DNA from: a virus
DNA: 64,000 bases
Virus record (IMG/VR): IMGVR_UViG_3300035698_012707
Coordinates: 1-64,000 of that record
Direction: 5' to 3' (one strand)
A model generated the notes under the pieces. It did not search any database and was not told the DNA's origin. It worked only from the letters and a program-made list of their open reading frames with translations. The first letter of the stretch is position 1. Every line of letters begins with the position of its first letter. The position numbers were made by a program, and so were the translations under genes. Below are positions 10,430-19,300 of the stretch, piece by piece.

Positions 10430-10821
10430 TGACTGACGCAGGATGGGATAACAGAGATAATAGGGAGCAAATTATGATTTTAAGTGATGAAGCAAAACAA
10501 GTTTTGATTGTTGTGTTAGGTGTAATAATATTCACAGCTACTATATTTGCTGGGATATGGACACTAACTAAATGCGGTAATGTATATAAAGAAAACTTAT
10601 ACAGTAAAGGGTATTCTAATACTTATGTTATGAGAAAAAATGGTAGCTTTCTTGGTACTACGTGGATAAAGGGAAATGGAACACCAGTTGTTGTTGGGAA
10701 TAAAATAACAAGAACAACAAAAAATACTGCAGCAATAAAAGCAGAAGAAGAATCTACTATAACTCATGATGAAGCAATAGAGTTTTTAAGAAATGAAGTA
10801 AAGGAGAATAAAAATGACTAA
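10429..10821 (+). CDS. Single-TM protein, N-terminal tag WDNRDN
   Basis: MTDAGWDNRDNREQIMILSD. Confidence 0.7.
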   Translation: MTDAGWDNRDNREQIMILSDEAKQVLIVVLGVIIFTATIFAGIWTLTKCGNVYKENLYSKGYSNTYVMRKNGSFLGTTWIKGNGTPVVVGNKITRTTKNTAAIKAEEESTITHDEAIEFLRNEVKENKND

Positions 10822-11062
10822 AGATGATCTAAGAACAGCTATACATAATAATTTTACCACAGAATATTATGGATCTAATCTATGTCAATTAGCCGATAAC
10901 GCTGATCGTGAAATGTGTCAGAACGGAAGAATAAACATAGAAGATGCTGTATGGGATTTGTTAGACGATCTAGCAGATTCAGTTATGGAGACAATGGAAG
11001 AAAACAACGTACTCAAAGCTAAAAAGCAAGAGTGCGAAATCTAAGTACAAGGGAGGTGTAAT

Positions 11063-11428
11063 ATGAATAGAACAAATCTAATAGGTAGACTTACGAAAGA
11101 CCCTGTTACTTTTGATTCCGCGAACGGTAAGGTAGCTAAGTTTAACGTTGCTACTAAGGTTGGATACGATCCGGAAAAGAAAGAGGATAGGATGGAGTTT
11201 GTGCCTGTGACAGCTTTTGGTCTTAAAGATGCTTTTCTTGAGTATCTTTATAAAGGTCGCTTGGTGTCCGTCGAAGGTAGAGTGTCAACAGACAGCTACG
11301 AGAAAGATGGCGCGACAGTATGGCAGACTACCGTAAAGTGTCACAATGGTGGCCTACAGCTTCAAGGTGCTGGCAAAAAGGATGAGGAAACGACTCCAGA
11401 AGCCGCAACAGAAGAAGTAGCAGCTTAA
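11063..11428 (+). CDS. ssb: Single-stranded DNA-binding protein
   Basis: MNRTNLIGRLTKDP, KGRLVSVEGR and YEKDG motifs; acidic tail. Confidence 0.9.
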   Translation: MNRTNLIGRLTKDPVTFDSANGKVAKFNVATKVGYDPEKKEDRMEFVPVTAFGLKDAFLEYLYKGRLVSVEGRVSTDSYEKDGATVWQTTVKCHNGGLQLQGAGKKDEETTPEAATEEVAA

Positions 11429-11441
11429 AGAAATACTAATT

Positions 11442-11503
11442 TGGTAGTAGGCTAGCGGGCATGCGGATAATACCATGGAGCCAAGCTAGTCTGCTGCCAT
11501 TTT
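11442..11503 (+). terminator. Long stem-loop / probable intrinsic terminator
   Basis: TGGTAGTAGGCTAGC...GCTAGTCTGCTGCCA followed by TTTT. Confidence 0.6.
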
Positions 11504-11508
11504 AAAAA

Positions 11509-11829
11509 ATGGAGGATATTGTGGCAATCAAGCATGGTCTTGACTTAAGTATAAAACAGGTTGGAAAGACATACAGATGCCTCTGGCATGGACATAATGA
11601 TGTGGAAATGAAAGTAACTGAAAGATTTGATGCTAAAGAATACAATCATTTACTAGACGAAGCCTTTGAGCCAGAAGAACAAGTGTGGGTATCAAGACTT
11701 GATGGTAAGCCCTTTGAGAGAACAGCAGGCAATGAAACTCGCAGGTTTAATAATACTGAAGAGTTATTAAACGAAGCGTGGTTAACACCAATACTAGGTG
11801 GATGGGATCCGGAGGAAAACGATGAGTGA
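11509..11829 (+). CDS. Hypothetical protein, C-terminal tag WDPEEN(DE)
   Basis: ORF track. Confidence 0.7.
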   Translation: MEDIVAIKHGLDLSIKQVGKTYRCLWHGHNDVEMKVTERFDAKEYNHLLDEAFEPEEQVWVSRLDGKPFERTAGNETRRFNNTEELLNEAWLTPILGGWDPEENDE

Positions 11830-12046
11830 ATGGGATGCAAAAGACAATATAGTACAACAAAAAGAAAAACATAAATATAAAATATGTGAAGACTGCGGCG
11901 TTGAAGTTCATTGTGTCTCGTCGGACGAGATGGAATTCCAAGGAAGAGAAGGGTCGCTTGTTTGTAATCATTGTTATGACCTTGTGTCTGGAAATAATGA
12001 ATGCAATCCAAGTCCGTCATGTGGTAATTGTATACATCATAGATGA
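11822..12046 (+). CDS. Cys-rich protein, N-terminal tag WDAKDN
   Basis: GGAGG SD then MSEWDAKDN; CxxC pairs. Confidence 0.7.
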   Translation: MSEWDAKDNIVQQKEKHKYKICEDCGVEVHCVSSDEMEFQGREGSLVCNHCYDLVSGNNECNPSPSCGNCIHHR

Positions 12047-12402
12047 ATGGGAGAATATAATGGATGATTTTCGTGAAAAAGATTATGAACCCACGAAAGA
12101 AGAATGGGATGAAATAGAAGAACTTATTATGCAAGAAGAAGATGAAGAACGTATGGAATACGCAGAAGAAAAAGTAGCATCGTTAGAAGAATTTAAAGAA
12201 TGGTGCAGGGAGAATGGTATATTATGGTAAATAGAAAAAAAGAAGAAAAAAAGATATTAAAAGAATCAATAAATAAACTTTCAGAGGACATTGGTGGCAT
12301 GGTAAAAGGATTTTTAGAAATATACAGTAAAATAGATGTTGGGCAAACAGCGACTATGGATATCACAAACACTGGTAGACAATATGTGGTGGTGAGAACA
12401 AA

Positions 12403-12705
12403 ATGATTGCCAGATGTTGGAAATGCGAAGGAAAGAAAAGAAAAGTTACTAAACACCATATCTATGGTAAAAAAGGACTTTGTGGATTAAGACATGACTC
12501 TGATCTTCCTCTTGTTATCTTTCTAACATGGTTAGGTCGTCCTTGGGATGACATAGATTTAATCTTTTGGAGTGAACATATTGTACCATTATGCAGAGAT
12601 TGTCACGATGAGTTTCATATATTGTTTACTAAACTTCTTAGAAAATGTGATAATATAGAATCAGAGGAACCGTTAAGAGAATTTATGGAGGTGAATAAGA
12701 AATGA
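12403..12705 (+). CDS. HNH-like endonuclease
   Basis: CWKC..TKHH..IVPLCRDCHDEFH. Confidence 0.65.
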   Translation: MIARCWKCEGKKRKVTKHHIYGKKGLCGLRHDSDLPLVIFLTWLGRPWDDIDLIFWSEHIVPLCRDCHDEFHILFTKLLRKCDNIESEEPLREFMEVNKK

Positions 12706-13226
12706 ACAATGACTGGGATTTAGAAGACAATAGCATGGCAGTTGCACAAACGGATCAACGAAGACGTAGTGCTGATTTTTATGAAAATCTTAGACGTCAA
12801 CGATTAATAGACGAAGCTGCAAGAACTGAACGTAGACGTTTACAAGGTAACTTTATTCCACACTCTCTAACTACAGATGAATTAGTTGACAATTTTGCTT
12901 CTTGTGCTCACGATAGGATAAGTGGAGCAGAAATATATGAAAATAGTCAAGGTATTTCTTATCCTTGGAATGCTAATAAGATATATATTATATGCCATGA
13001 TTGTGGAGGAATTAGCCACAAACTAACAGACGATATAAGCGAATTACAAAAATGCCCAGGATATAACTGTACAAGTAGAAATATAACAATTTTAAGAGCA
13101 GCAGAAGTATCCTTAGCAATTAGAGACAGTAGCTACGGAGTAAACATGACGGAGGTATATAATGCCAGACGCGAAAGGTTTCGAGAACAAAGAGCGCAAA
13201 GAGTTGCCGAAAGACGCAACAGCTAA
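12702..13226 (+). CDS. Hypothetical protein, N-terminal tag WDLEDN
   Basis: MNNDWDLEDN; internal CHDC/CPGYNC. Confidence 0.7.
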   Translation: MNNDWDLEDNSMAVAQTDQRRRSADFYENLRRQRLIDEAARTERRRLQGNFIPHSLTTDELVDNFASCAHDRISGAEIYENSQGISYPWNANKIYIICHDCGGISHKLTDDISELQKCPGYNCTSRNITILRAAEVSLAIRDSSYGVNMTEVYNARRERFREQRAQRVAERRNS

Positions 13227-13336
13227 AGAACGTTTAAAATATGTTAAAAATCTTGCAATATTTGGTAAATCGATGTTTGGTGACATGAGTCACAATGATA
13301 TTCAATCTATGCTAGATAAAATTATAGAGGTTAGTA

Positions 13337-13621
13337 ATGTTTAGAAAAGAAGACATAAAAAGAGGAATTGAAATAACATGCAGGATATCAGATACTGTTG
13401 TTAATTCAGCTAAAATACAAATACAAAATGATATGATATATATATGTCAAGACATGCTCGATGGTGACCAATGTATGGATAAATTTGGATATAGATATTC
13501 ATGGAGTGTAGGAATACTTGAAAATTTTAAAAATAGAACTGTTAAAGACTTCTTTTTAAATACAAACGTTAGCAACGTTAAGCTTAAGGAAGAACCAGAA
13601 TGGGATACGGAGAAAAATTAA
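13337..13621 (+). CDS. Hypothetical protein, C-terminal tag WDTEKN
   Basis: IYICQD..DG..C.DKFGYRYSW, typical of phage hypotheticals. Confidence 0.7.
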   Translation: MFRKEDIKRGIEITCRISDTVVNSAKIQIQNDMIYICQDMLDGDQCMDKFGYRYSWSVGILENFKNRTVKDFFLNTNVSNVKLKEEPEWDTEKN

Positions 13622-13995
13622 TGAAAGAGCACATACATGACATCAAAGAGATGAAAGAATGGATGGATGCTAAGCCATATGGTGGTAATCTCGATTACGC
13701 TATTGAAAGAGTTGAATATTTTAGAGATGAGTTATTTAAATATTCTAAGTTTGACATTGGAGATGAAATAGAAATAGCAAAAGATATGGAGTTAACCTTA
13801 GAAACATCTCCAGGATATATGGCCTATTTTGATAGACTACAGGTTGGGTGTTGTGGTATAGTCGTAGAAGTAGACCATTATAAAGGTGTATTTAGATACT
13901 CTGTTACAATGGATCCTCAAAAAAAGGACGAGGGTTACTTTACTATACGTGAGGAAACTCTAAAGTTAAAGGGATGGGATCAAGAAGGAAATTAA
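13621..13995 (+). CDS. SH3-like protein, C-terminal tag WDQEGN
   Basis: KFDIGDEIEI; coupled TAATG start. Confidence 0.7.
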   Translation: MKEHIHDIKEMKEWMDAKPYGGNLDYAIERVEYFRDELFKYSKFDIGDEIEIAKDMELTLETSPGYMAYFDRLQVGCCGIVVEVDHYKGVFRYSVTMDPQKKDEGYFTIREETLKLKGWDQEGN

Positions 13996-14363
13996 GGAGT
14001 TATCATGGGAAAAGACATAAGAGACATGGAAGGCATAGAAGTTATGGCAGCATTTGCTGCTGCTTGGGTTAAGTATTTAATATTGATGATATTTGTTGTG
14101 TGTTCGTCTGTAGCTCATATAGCCAAAAAGTTTAAAAGGAGCGATAAAGATGTCTAAAGATATACATTTAATGCGTATTGATAAGATTTGTTCTAAATGT
14201 AATTATAAAAATAAAGGCGAATACAAATTAGACGAACCGATGGATATAATATGTTGCGGTAATTGTGGCTCAATTCTTTCAAAGCCAGATGATATGACTA
14301 AAGATGAACAAGAAAAGGTATCTCTGTGCGTTAAGCAAGCACTAGAAGATGGGGAGGAATAGA

Positions 14364-14732
14364 ATGTTTTATTGTAATGAGTGTGGTCAATGTAGCTTTA
14401 TCAATGATGATGATTTTTATGAAAATAGAAATACATGGGGCTGGGAAAAAAATTCAATAGACTGTAACGACGGAGAATATATGGATCATATAGACTCAGA
14501 AACAACAGACTCAGAACAAACTAGCTACGAATGTCCTCATTGTTGTGGAGAAGACATAGAATCTGATTGGAGCGGTTCGGAAAACGAAGCACTTGAACAA
14601 AGAACAGCATATGAAGAATATGTAAGACTTAACGAACAAACAATCCGATTAGCTAGAGAACGACTACATAAAGAACAAAAAGCAAAAGATCCACAAAGAG
14701 AATGGGATGTGGCAAAAAATGTTAATGTTTAA
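14364..14732 (+). CDS. Zinc-ribbon protein, C-terminal tag WDVAKN(VNV)
   Basis: CNEC...CPHC. Confidence 0.7.
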   Translation: MFYCNECGQCSFINDDDFYENRNTWGWEKNSIDCNDGEYMDHIDSETTDSEQTSYECPHCCGEDIESDWSGSENEALEQRTAYEEYVRLNEQTIRLARERLHKEQKAKDPQREWDVAKNVNV

Positions 14733-14958
14733 GATAGACGATAAAATAAAATTAAAAACCTATGAAGAATGGGGAGATCATAAAATCCACAGAGGGAAAA
14801 CAGCAAGAATAATTAGAAGATCAAGTTCTTCAACGTTTGATTGGAGAATAGTGTGGAGAGACGGAAAAGAATCTCAAGCTAAAGAATACAATATGGTAAA
14901 AATAAATATGGATTGGGATGAAGAGTTTAACGAATCGGATGAAAAATGTTTAATATAG
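14725..14958 (+). CDS. SH3-like protein, tag WDEEFN near C-terminus
   Basis: MFKIDDKIKLKTYEEWGDH; paralogue of next gene. Confidence 0.7.
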   Translation: MFKIDDKIKLKTYEEWGDHKIHRGKTARIIRRSSSSTFDWRIVWRDGKESQAKEYNMVKINMDWDEEFNESDEKCLI

Positions 14959-15164
14959 GAGACGAAGTAAAACTTAATAGCTATGAAGGATTTGGTGATT
15001 ATACACGTCATAAAGATCAAATTGCAACAATAATAGATTTTATTAATGTTGATGATGATAGTATGCCCTATCAACTTAGATGGAATGACGGTTACGTTTC
15101 TTTTGCGTCGCCTAAAAATATAGTAATAGTAAACCAGGAGTGGGATGATGAAGTTAACGGATAA
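14946..15164 (+). CDS. SH3-like protein, C-terminal tag WDDEVN(G)
   Basis: MFNIGDEVKLNSYEGFGDY. Confidence 0.7.
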   Translation: MFNIGDEVKLNSYEGFGDYTRHKDQIATIIDFINVDDDSMPYQLRWNDGYVSFASPKNIVIVNQEWDDEVNG

Positions 15165-15259
15165 AATATTAAATAAAATAGCTGATGTTCTTCTTACAAA
15201 AGTTGTGAAAGAAGATTATGAATTGACTATAACAGTAAAAGCAAAAAAAGGAGCAAGAA

Positions 15260-15628
15260 ATGAAAACAGTTAAGGTAGCAAGAGTAGGCAGTAAAGTGCA
15301 AGAAGTAGCAGTACGAATAGAAGCAACAATAGAAGAATGTTTAGAAGCAGCTAATATACAGCTGGGGGCTAATGAAGATGTGTATGAAAACCATGTAAAG
15401 CGTTGCATTGGAACAAACGCTCTCATTGGGTCAACTTTAGTTGTTGAACCGCAGAAAATAGTTCCTTTATCAAGTAAAGTAATGGGAATAATAGACATAC
15501 TATCAGAAGAAGAATGTATAGATGCTGATGATTATTATGACGATTACGATAATACAGATTATAATTGGATATACAGTGAATATGGAAAAATGATAAATGA
15601 TATAATTAAAGTAGCTAGGGAGGGTTAG
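15260..15628 (+). CDS. Ubiquitin-like (beta-grasp) domain protein without diglycine, acidic C-terminal extension
   Basis: MKTVKVARVGSKVQEVAV..ATIEECLEAA aligns with the Ubl repeats at 17596. Confidence 0.75.
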   Translation: MKTVKVARVGSKVQEVAVRIEATIEECLEAANIQLGANEDVYENHVKRCIGTNALIGSTLVVEPQKIVPLSSKVMGIIDILSEEECIDADDYYDDYDNTDYNWIYSEYGKMINDIIKVAREG

Positions 15629-15629
15629 C

Positions 15630-16310
15630 ATGGACTTTGATGACCGAGACGGAGTAGTCGAGGAAAGATATTCTAGACATTGGGATATGTTAGATGTTGA
15701 AAGACTTCATACATTGCCGATTAGAATAGTTGGAGCTGGAAGCGTAGGCAGTTTTACTTGCTTAAGCTTAAGCAAAATGGGTGCTAAGAACATAAAAATA
15801 TATGATGATGATATGGTTGATGAACACAACATTTCAAATCAGTTTTATAGAACTCAAGACGTTGGTGAGTTTAAGGTTGATGCACTACAAAGTATGATAA
15901 TGGATTTTGAAGGCGTTCCTATTCAAATAGAGAACGAACGATGGTATGGTAATGATGATTGTAACGGTGTAATAATAGCAGCCGTTGATAATATGGATGC
16001 CAGGAAGAGGATATGGGAGAAAGTCAAAGGAAACAATGATGTATCTCTTTTTATTGACCCTCGGATGGGAGGAAAAACCGCAAGAATATATTATGTAAAT
16101 CCTCTTTCTGGTTCTAAAAAATACGAAGAAACATTATATGACGATGATGAAGCAGCGCAAGAAAGATGTACGGAAAGAACTATAATATATAACGTATTAG
16201 GAATAGCAAGCTTTATATCAAAAGGTATAGCAGATTGGATGGCGGATGGAGTAGAAGATTGCAAGGAATTAATATTAGACTATGCAACTTTTACTCTTAT
16301 GGTTAGATAA
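15630..16310 (+). CDS. ThiF/MoeB/E1-family activating enzyme
   Basis: IVGAGSVGS, DDDMVDEHNISNQFY, KVDAL and AAVDNMDAR motifs; candidate catalytic Cys in ERCTER. Confidence 0.9.
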   Translation: MDFDDRDGVVEERYSRHWDMLDVERLHTLPIRIVGAGSVGSFTCLSLSKMGAKNIKIYDDDMVDEHNISNQFYRTQDVGEFKVDALQSMIMDFEGVPIQIENERWYGNDDCNGVIIAAVDNMDARKRIWEKVKGNNDVSLFIDPRMGGKTARIYYVNPLSGSKKYEETLYDDDEAAQERCTERTIIYNVLGIASFISKGIADWMADGVEDCKELILDYATFTLMVR

Positions 16311-16328
16311 AATAATCGTAATAACTAG

Positions 16329-16357
16329 TTGAAAAATGTAGTATTTTGTGGTATTAT
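16329..16357 (+). promoter_or_regulatory. Sigma70-type promoter
   Basis: TTGAAA-17 bp-TATTAT with extended -10 TG. Confidence 0.65.
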
Positions 16358-16378
16358 AGGTATATAGGGAGGTGAAGA

Positions 16379-16540
16379 ATGAAGAAAAAAACTAAAGCAA
16401 TAAGAATAGCAGAGAATAGTTATGACTATCTAGTTGCAGTATCTCTCAAAGATAGAAGAGGTATGGGAGTTACCCTAGACCTAATTTTAGAGGAGCATAA
16501 AAATGCCACAAAAAAGCGAAAAAGAAAGAAAAAAGTATAA
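16379..16540 (+). CDS. Small basic protein, possible ribbon-helix-helix DNA binder (53 aa, below track cutoff)
   Basis: GGGAGGTG SD; MKKKTKAIRIAENSYDYL...GMGVTLDLILEEH. Confidence 0.55.
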   Translation: MKKKTKAIRIAENSYDYLVAVSLKDRRGMGVTLDLILEEHKNATKKRKRKKKV

Positions 16541-16970
16541 TATGCTAAGACAACGAAAACATCGTAAGTCTAATAAAGAAAAGAACTTACAATATCGAAG
16601 AGAATATTATGAAAACAATAAAGATCACATATTATTGCTAAAAAAAATATGGAGAATTAATAACAAAGAAAAAGAAAGAGAATACAAAGTTTGGTATAGA
16701 ATAAATCATCCATGGAGTGTTACTTTAGAAAACGTAAAAGCAAGGGTTAGCGGTAGGAATACAAGACATGATTACACTAGTATAAAAAATACGCTAACAT
16801 TAAAACAATTAGAATATCTATGGAAAAGAGACAAAGCTGACCATATGCTTAAATCAGCATTACATAGAAAAAACAATAATGGAGATTACACAGTGAGAAA
16901 TTGTGAGTATGTTGAGAGCGGATGGCACTCTTCATACCACAATAAACAAAGAAAAAAGGACATTAAATGA
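16503..16970 (+). CDS. HNH homing endonuclease-like protein
   Basis: Basic helical N-terminus; LHRKNNNGDYTVRNCEYVESGWH. Confidence 0.7.
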   Translation: MPQKSEKERKKYNMLRQRKHRKSNKEKNLQYRREYYENNKDHILLLKKIWRINNKEKEREYKVWYRINHPWSVTLENVKARVSGRNTRHDYTSIKNTLTLKQLEYLWKRDKADHMLKSALHRKNNNGDYTVRNCEYVESGWHSSYHNKQRKKDIK

Positions 16971-17094
16971 CAGCAGGGAAAAATAATCCAAATTATGATG
17001 AATGGAAAATAAAACATCCTTCATTATGGCTTAAGGGAGCAAAAGAACTATTTTATAAAATTGTGTCAAAAATAAACAATAAAGGCAAATTAAA

Positions 17095-17448
17095 ATGAAT
17101 AAGAAAATAATAATATTTGTATTAATGATACTATTTTTTACGCAAAATTTTAGTCATGCTGGCGGTAATCCATTCACTAAATATTATATGACTAATGGAT
17201 ATTCAAATGGTAGATATCTTATTGATTTTACTAATACATCAGCAGATACTGCAGATGTTTGTGGAACAATACATTATACTCGTGGTATAATAGATACTTT
17301 TTTTAGATATAATCCAGAAATATATAACAAACACTATAAGAATATGTCGTCAAATGAGATAAGTATTATGGTACAAAGATTCTATAAAAATAATCCAGAT
17401 AAAAGATATTTACCAATAGTAGATGTTGTTTTTGACGGATGTAAATAG
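17095..17448 (+). CDS. Secreted protein with signal peptide
   Basis: MNKKIIIFVLMILFFTQNFSHA signal-like N-terminus; very AT-rich. Confidence 0.65.
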   Translation: MNKKIIIFVLMILFFTQNFSHAGGNPFTKYYMTNGYSNGRYLIDFTNTSADTADVCGTIHYTRGIIDTFFRYNPEIYNKHYKNMSSNEISIMVQRFYKNNPDKRYLPIVDVVFDGCK

Positions 17449-17454
17449 AACAAT

Positions 17455-17568
17455 TTAGGTATAAGTTCTTTTATTTGCAAAATAATAGAAGATTATATGA
17501 AAAATGGTGTAGAAAGTAATCGAGAGCTGGTTCTTGATTACGCAACATACACCTTGTTAACAAGGTAA
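17455..17568 (+). pseudogene. Displaced original 3' end of the E1 gene
   Basis: LGISSFICKIIEDYMKNGVESNRELVLDYATYTLLTR* versus E1 LGIASFISKGIADWMADGVEDCKELILDYATFTLMVR* (23/37 identical, no gaps). Confidence 0.85.
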
Positions 17569-17595
17569 GACCCAAAAAACAAAAGGAGGTAGACA

Positions 17596-18009
17596 ATGAT
17601 TACAGTCAAAGTCGCTCGTTTGGGAAACACAGTGCAGGAAGTTGCACTCAATGAAGGTTCATCCGTTCAGGATGCTCTAACAGCTGCTGATCTCGCAGTA
17701 GACGGTGAGGATATTCGTATCAACTCATCAAACTCTAACCTTACAGATGTAGTACGTAATGGAGACATTATTACTCTTGTACCAAAGGTAAAGGGTGGAC
17801 AAAAGCTCGTTAAGGTCGCAAGACTAGGTTCAACAGTGGAAGAAGTTGCTGTTCCTAACGACGCTACAATTGAGTATGCTCTTGAAGCAGCCGATGTTGT
17901 AGTAGACAACGAAGACATCCGTTTGGATGGCCGCTCTGCAAGTTTATCAGATAGTATTGGCAACGCGTCAATGATCACTATCGTTCCAAAGGTAAAAGGT
18001 GGTAAGTAA
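17596..18009 (+). CDS. Tandem di-ubiquitin-like precursor (2 x 68 aa, each ending VPKVKGG, final extra Lys)
   Basis: Internal repeat visible directly; strong AGGAGGT SD. Confidence 0.9.
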   Translation: MITVKVARLGNTVQEVALNEGSSVQDALTAADLAVDGEDIRINSSNSNLTDVVRNGDIITLVPKVKGGQKLVKVARLGSTVEEVAVPNDATIEYALEAADVVVDNEDIRLDGRSASLSDSIGNASMITIVPKVKGGK

Positions 18010-18032
18010 TATCCCCCCACAGTAAAAAATCC

Positions 18033-18068
18033 GAGGGCGGTATGTGCAATGCATATCGTCCTCATTTT
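18033..18068 (+). terminator. Stem-loop after Ubl gene (terminator or mRNA stabiliser)
   Basis: GAGGGCGGTATGT/GCATATCGTCCTC stem followed by ATTTT. Confidence 0.55.
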
Positions 18069-18135
18069 AAAGGAGTGTGATGCAAACAAAAATACATGTT
18101 GTATTAATGTTTTCAATATTTTAAAAGGAGGAGTA

Positions 18136-19290
18136 ATGAGCGAAAAGAAAAAGTATCAAATAAAATACAGTGGAGATGGTACACCGTCAACAAAGGTGAA
18201 ATCATCATATGATAAGTTGTTGCAAGAGCTTGCTAATGACTTTGAAATAGACATAGAAGTTGTTACATGTCATGGAAAATATGACTATATACCCGCAGAA
18301 TTAGACTTTGAAAAGTTCTACATATTTGCACAGTTAGTACCAGACGTTATAGCTTATAAGGGTAAAAAGTTGTCTAAACTTATGTTGGGCGATAAGGAAG
18401 TAACTGTAACTGGTGGTCAAACAGATAGCATGAAAATAGTCGGAGCTATGCCAAAAGATGCTACAGTTATAAATGATTCAAAAGGTGAAGCCTTAGCAAT
18501 TGTATACGACGCATCCTTGTACATATTAAATGATTTTATTCATTGTCATTCAAAGGATGAATTAGACAATAGTTTAGAAATATTTAAGTATATCGTTAAC
18601 GAAGCAACTAAAACACCAGAACTATTGAAAGCACTTAAGTATGGCACGGAAGAAAAAGGACGTAAGTCTTTAGAAATAGCGTTAAAGAAACAATACAAAG
18701 AAAGACTTAAGAAAGAAAAAGTATTACTTGATAGTTCAGAGAAACTTATAGATAATTATACTCAGGAACTTACAAAAGCAAGTAGAAAAATAATATCTAC
18801 ACAAAATATTATTAAAGCAATTCACAGCAATCTAGAAGATATTCCAGAATCTCTTGAAAAGAAATGGAATTCTGCAAAAAAGCTAGAGAGTACACCAATA
18901 TTTGAATCTGTTAGTTTCCAGAGAAATTCTGTAAAAGCTGTTACGACTGAAATATTTGTAACAGAAAAGAAAGTAACATATCAAATGGGAAAATTTGAGA
19001 TTGTCCTAGAATTCAATGGTAATATAAGAATAATGTCAATGTGGCCACAAAGAGGACCTTCGCAACAGCATCCTCACGTAAGTGCTGAAGGTCGTCCATG
19101 CTGGGGAAACCTCAGTGGAGAGTTACCAAAAAGGATAGCAGAAAGTGAATTTGACGTTGCATTTGTAGAGATACATACATTTCTATGTCATTATTCACAA
19201 GAAGGCGGTCCATATGCTAATATTAATCACTGGCCACAAGCAACAGCAAAACAAATAGCTATGCTTAAAGCTGACAAAGTTAGAACGTAA
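18136..19290 (+). CDS. E2/UBC-like conjugating enzyme with N-terminal domain and coiled coil
   Basis: HPHVSAEGRPC has the same spacing as the E2 motif HPNxxxxGxxC; AGGAGG SD before ATG 18136. Confidence 0.7.
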   Translation: MSEKKKYQIKYSGDGTPSTKVKSSYDKLLQELANDFEIDIEVVTCHGKYDYIPAELDFEKFYIFAQLVPDVIAYKGKKLSKLMLGDKEVTVTGGQTDSMKIVGAMPKDATVINDSKGEALAIVYDASLYILNDFIHCHSKDELDNSLEIFKYIVNEATKTPELLKALKYGTEEKGRKSLEIALKKQYKERLKKEKVLLDSSEKLIDNYTQELTKASRKIISTQNIIKAIHSNLEDIPESLEKKWNSAKKLESTPIFESVSFQRNSVKAVTTEIFVTEKKVTYQMGKFEIVLEFNGNIRIMSMWPQRGPSQQHPHVSAEGRPCWGNLSGELPKRIAESEFDVAFVEIHTFLCHYSQEGGPYANINHWPQATAKQIAMLKADKVRT

Positions 19291-19300
19291 GGGGGAAGTA

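Larger units (their letters stand above)
16197..17454 (+). mobile_element. HNH homing-type cassette inserted in the E1 gene, carrying a replacement E1 3' end
   Basis: The last 37 E1 codons are duplicated at 17455-17568; the interval holds its own promoter, a small RHH-like ORF, an HNH gene and a cargo gene. Confidence 0.7.

Noticed and set aside
16191-17448. Group I intron in the E1 gene (upstream ends in U, insert ends in G)
   Set aside because: The insert begins with a complete in-frame replacement end with a stop and is filled with ORFs; no P7 or core intron motifs were seen. Only RT-PCR would fully exclude it.
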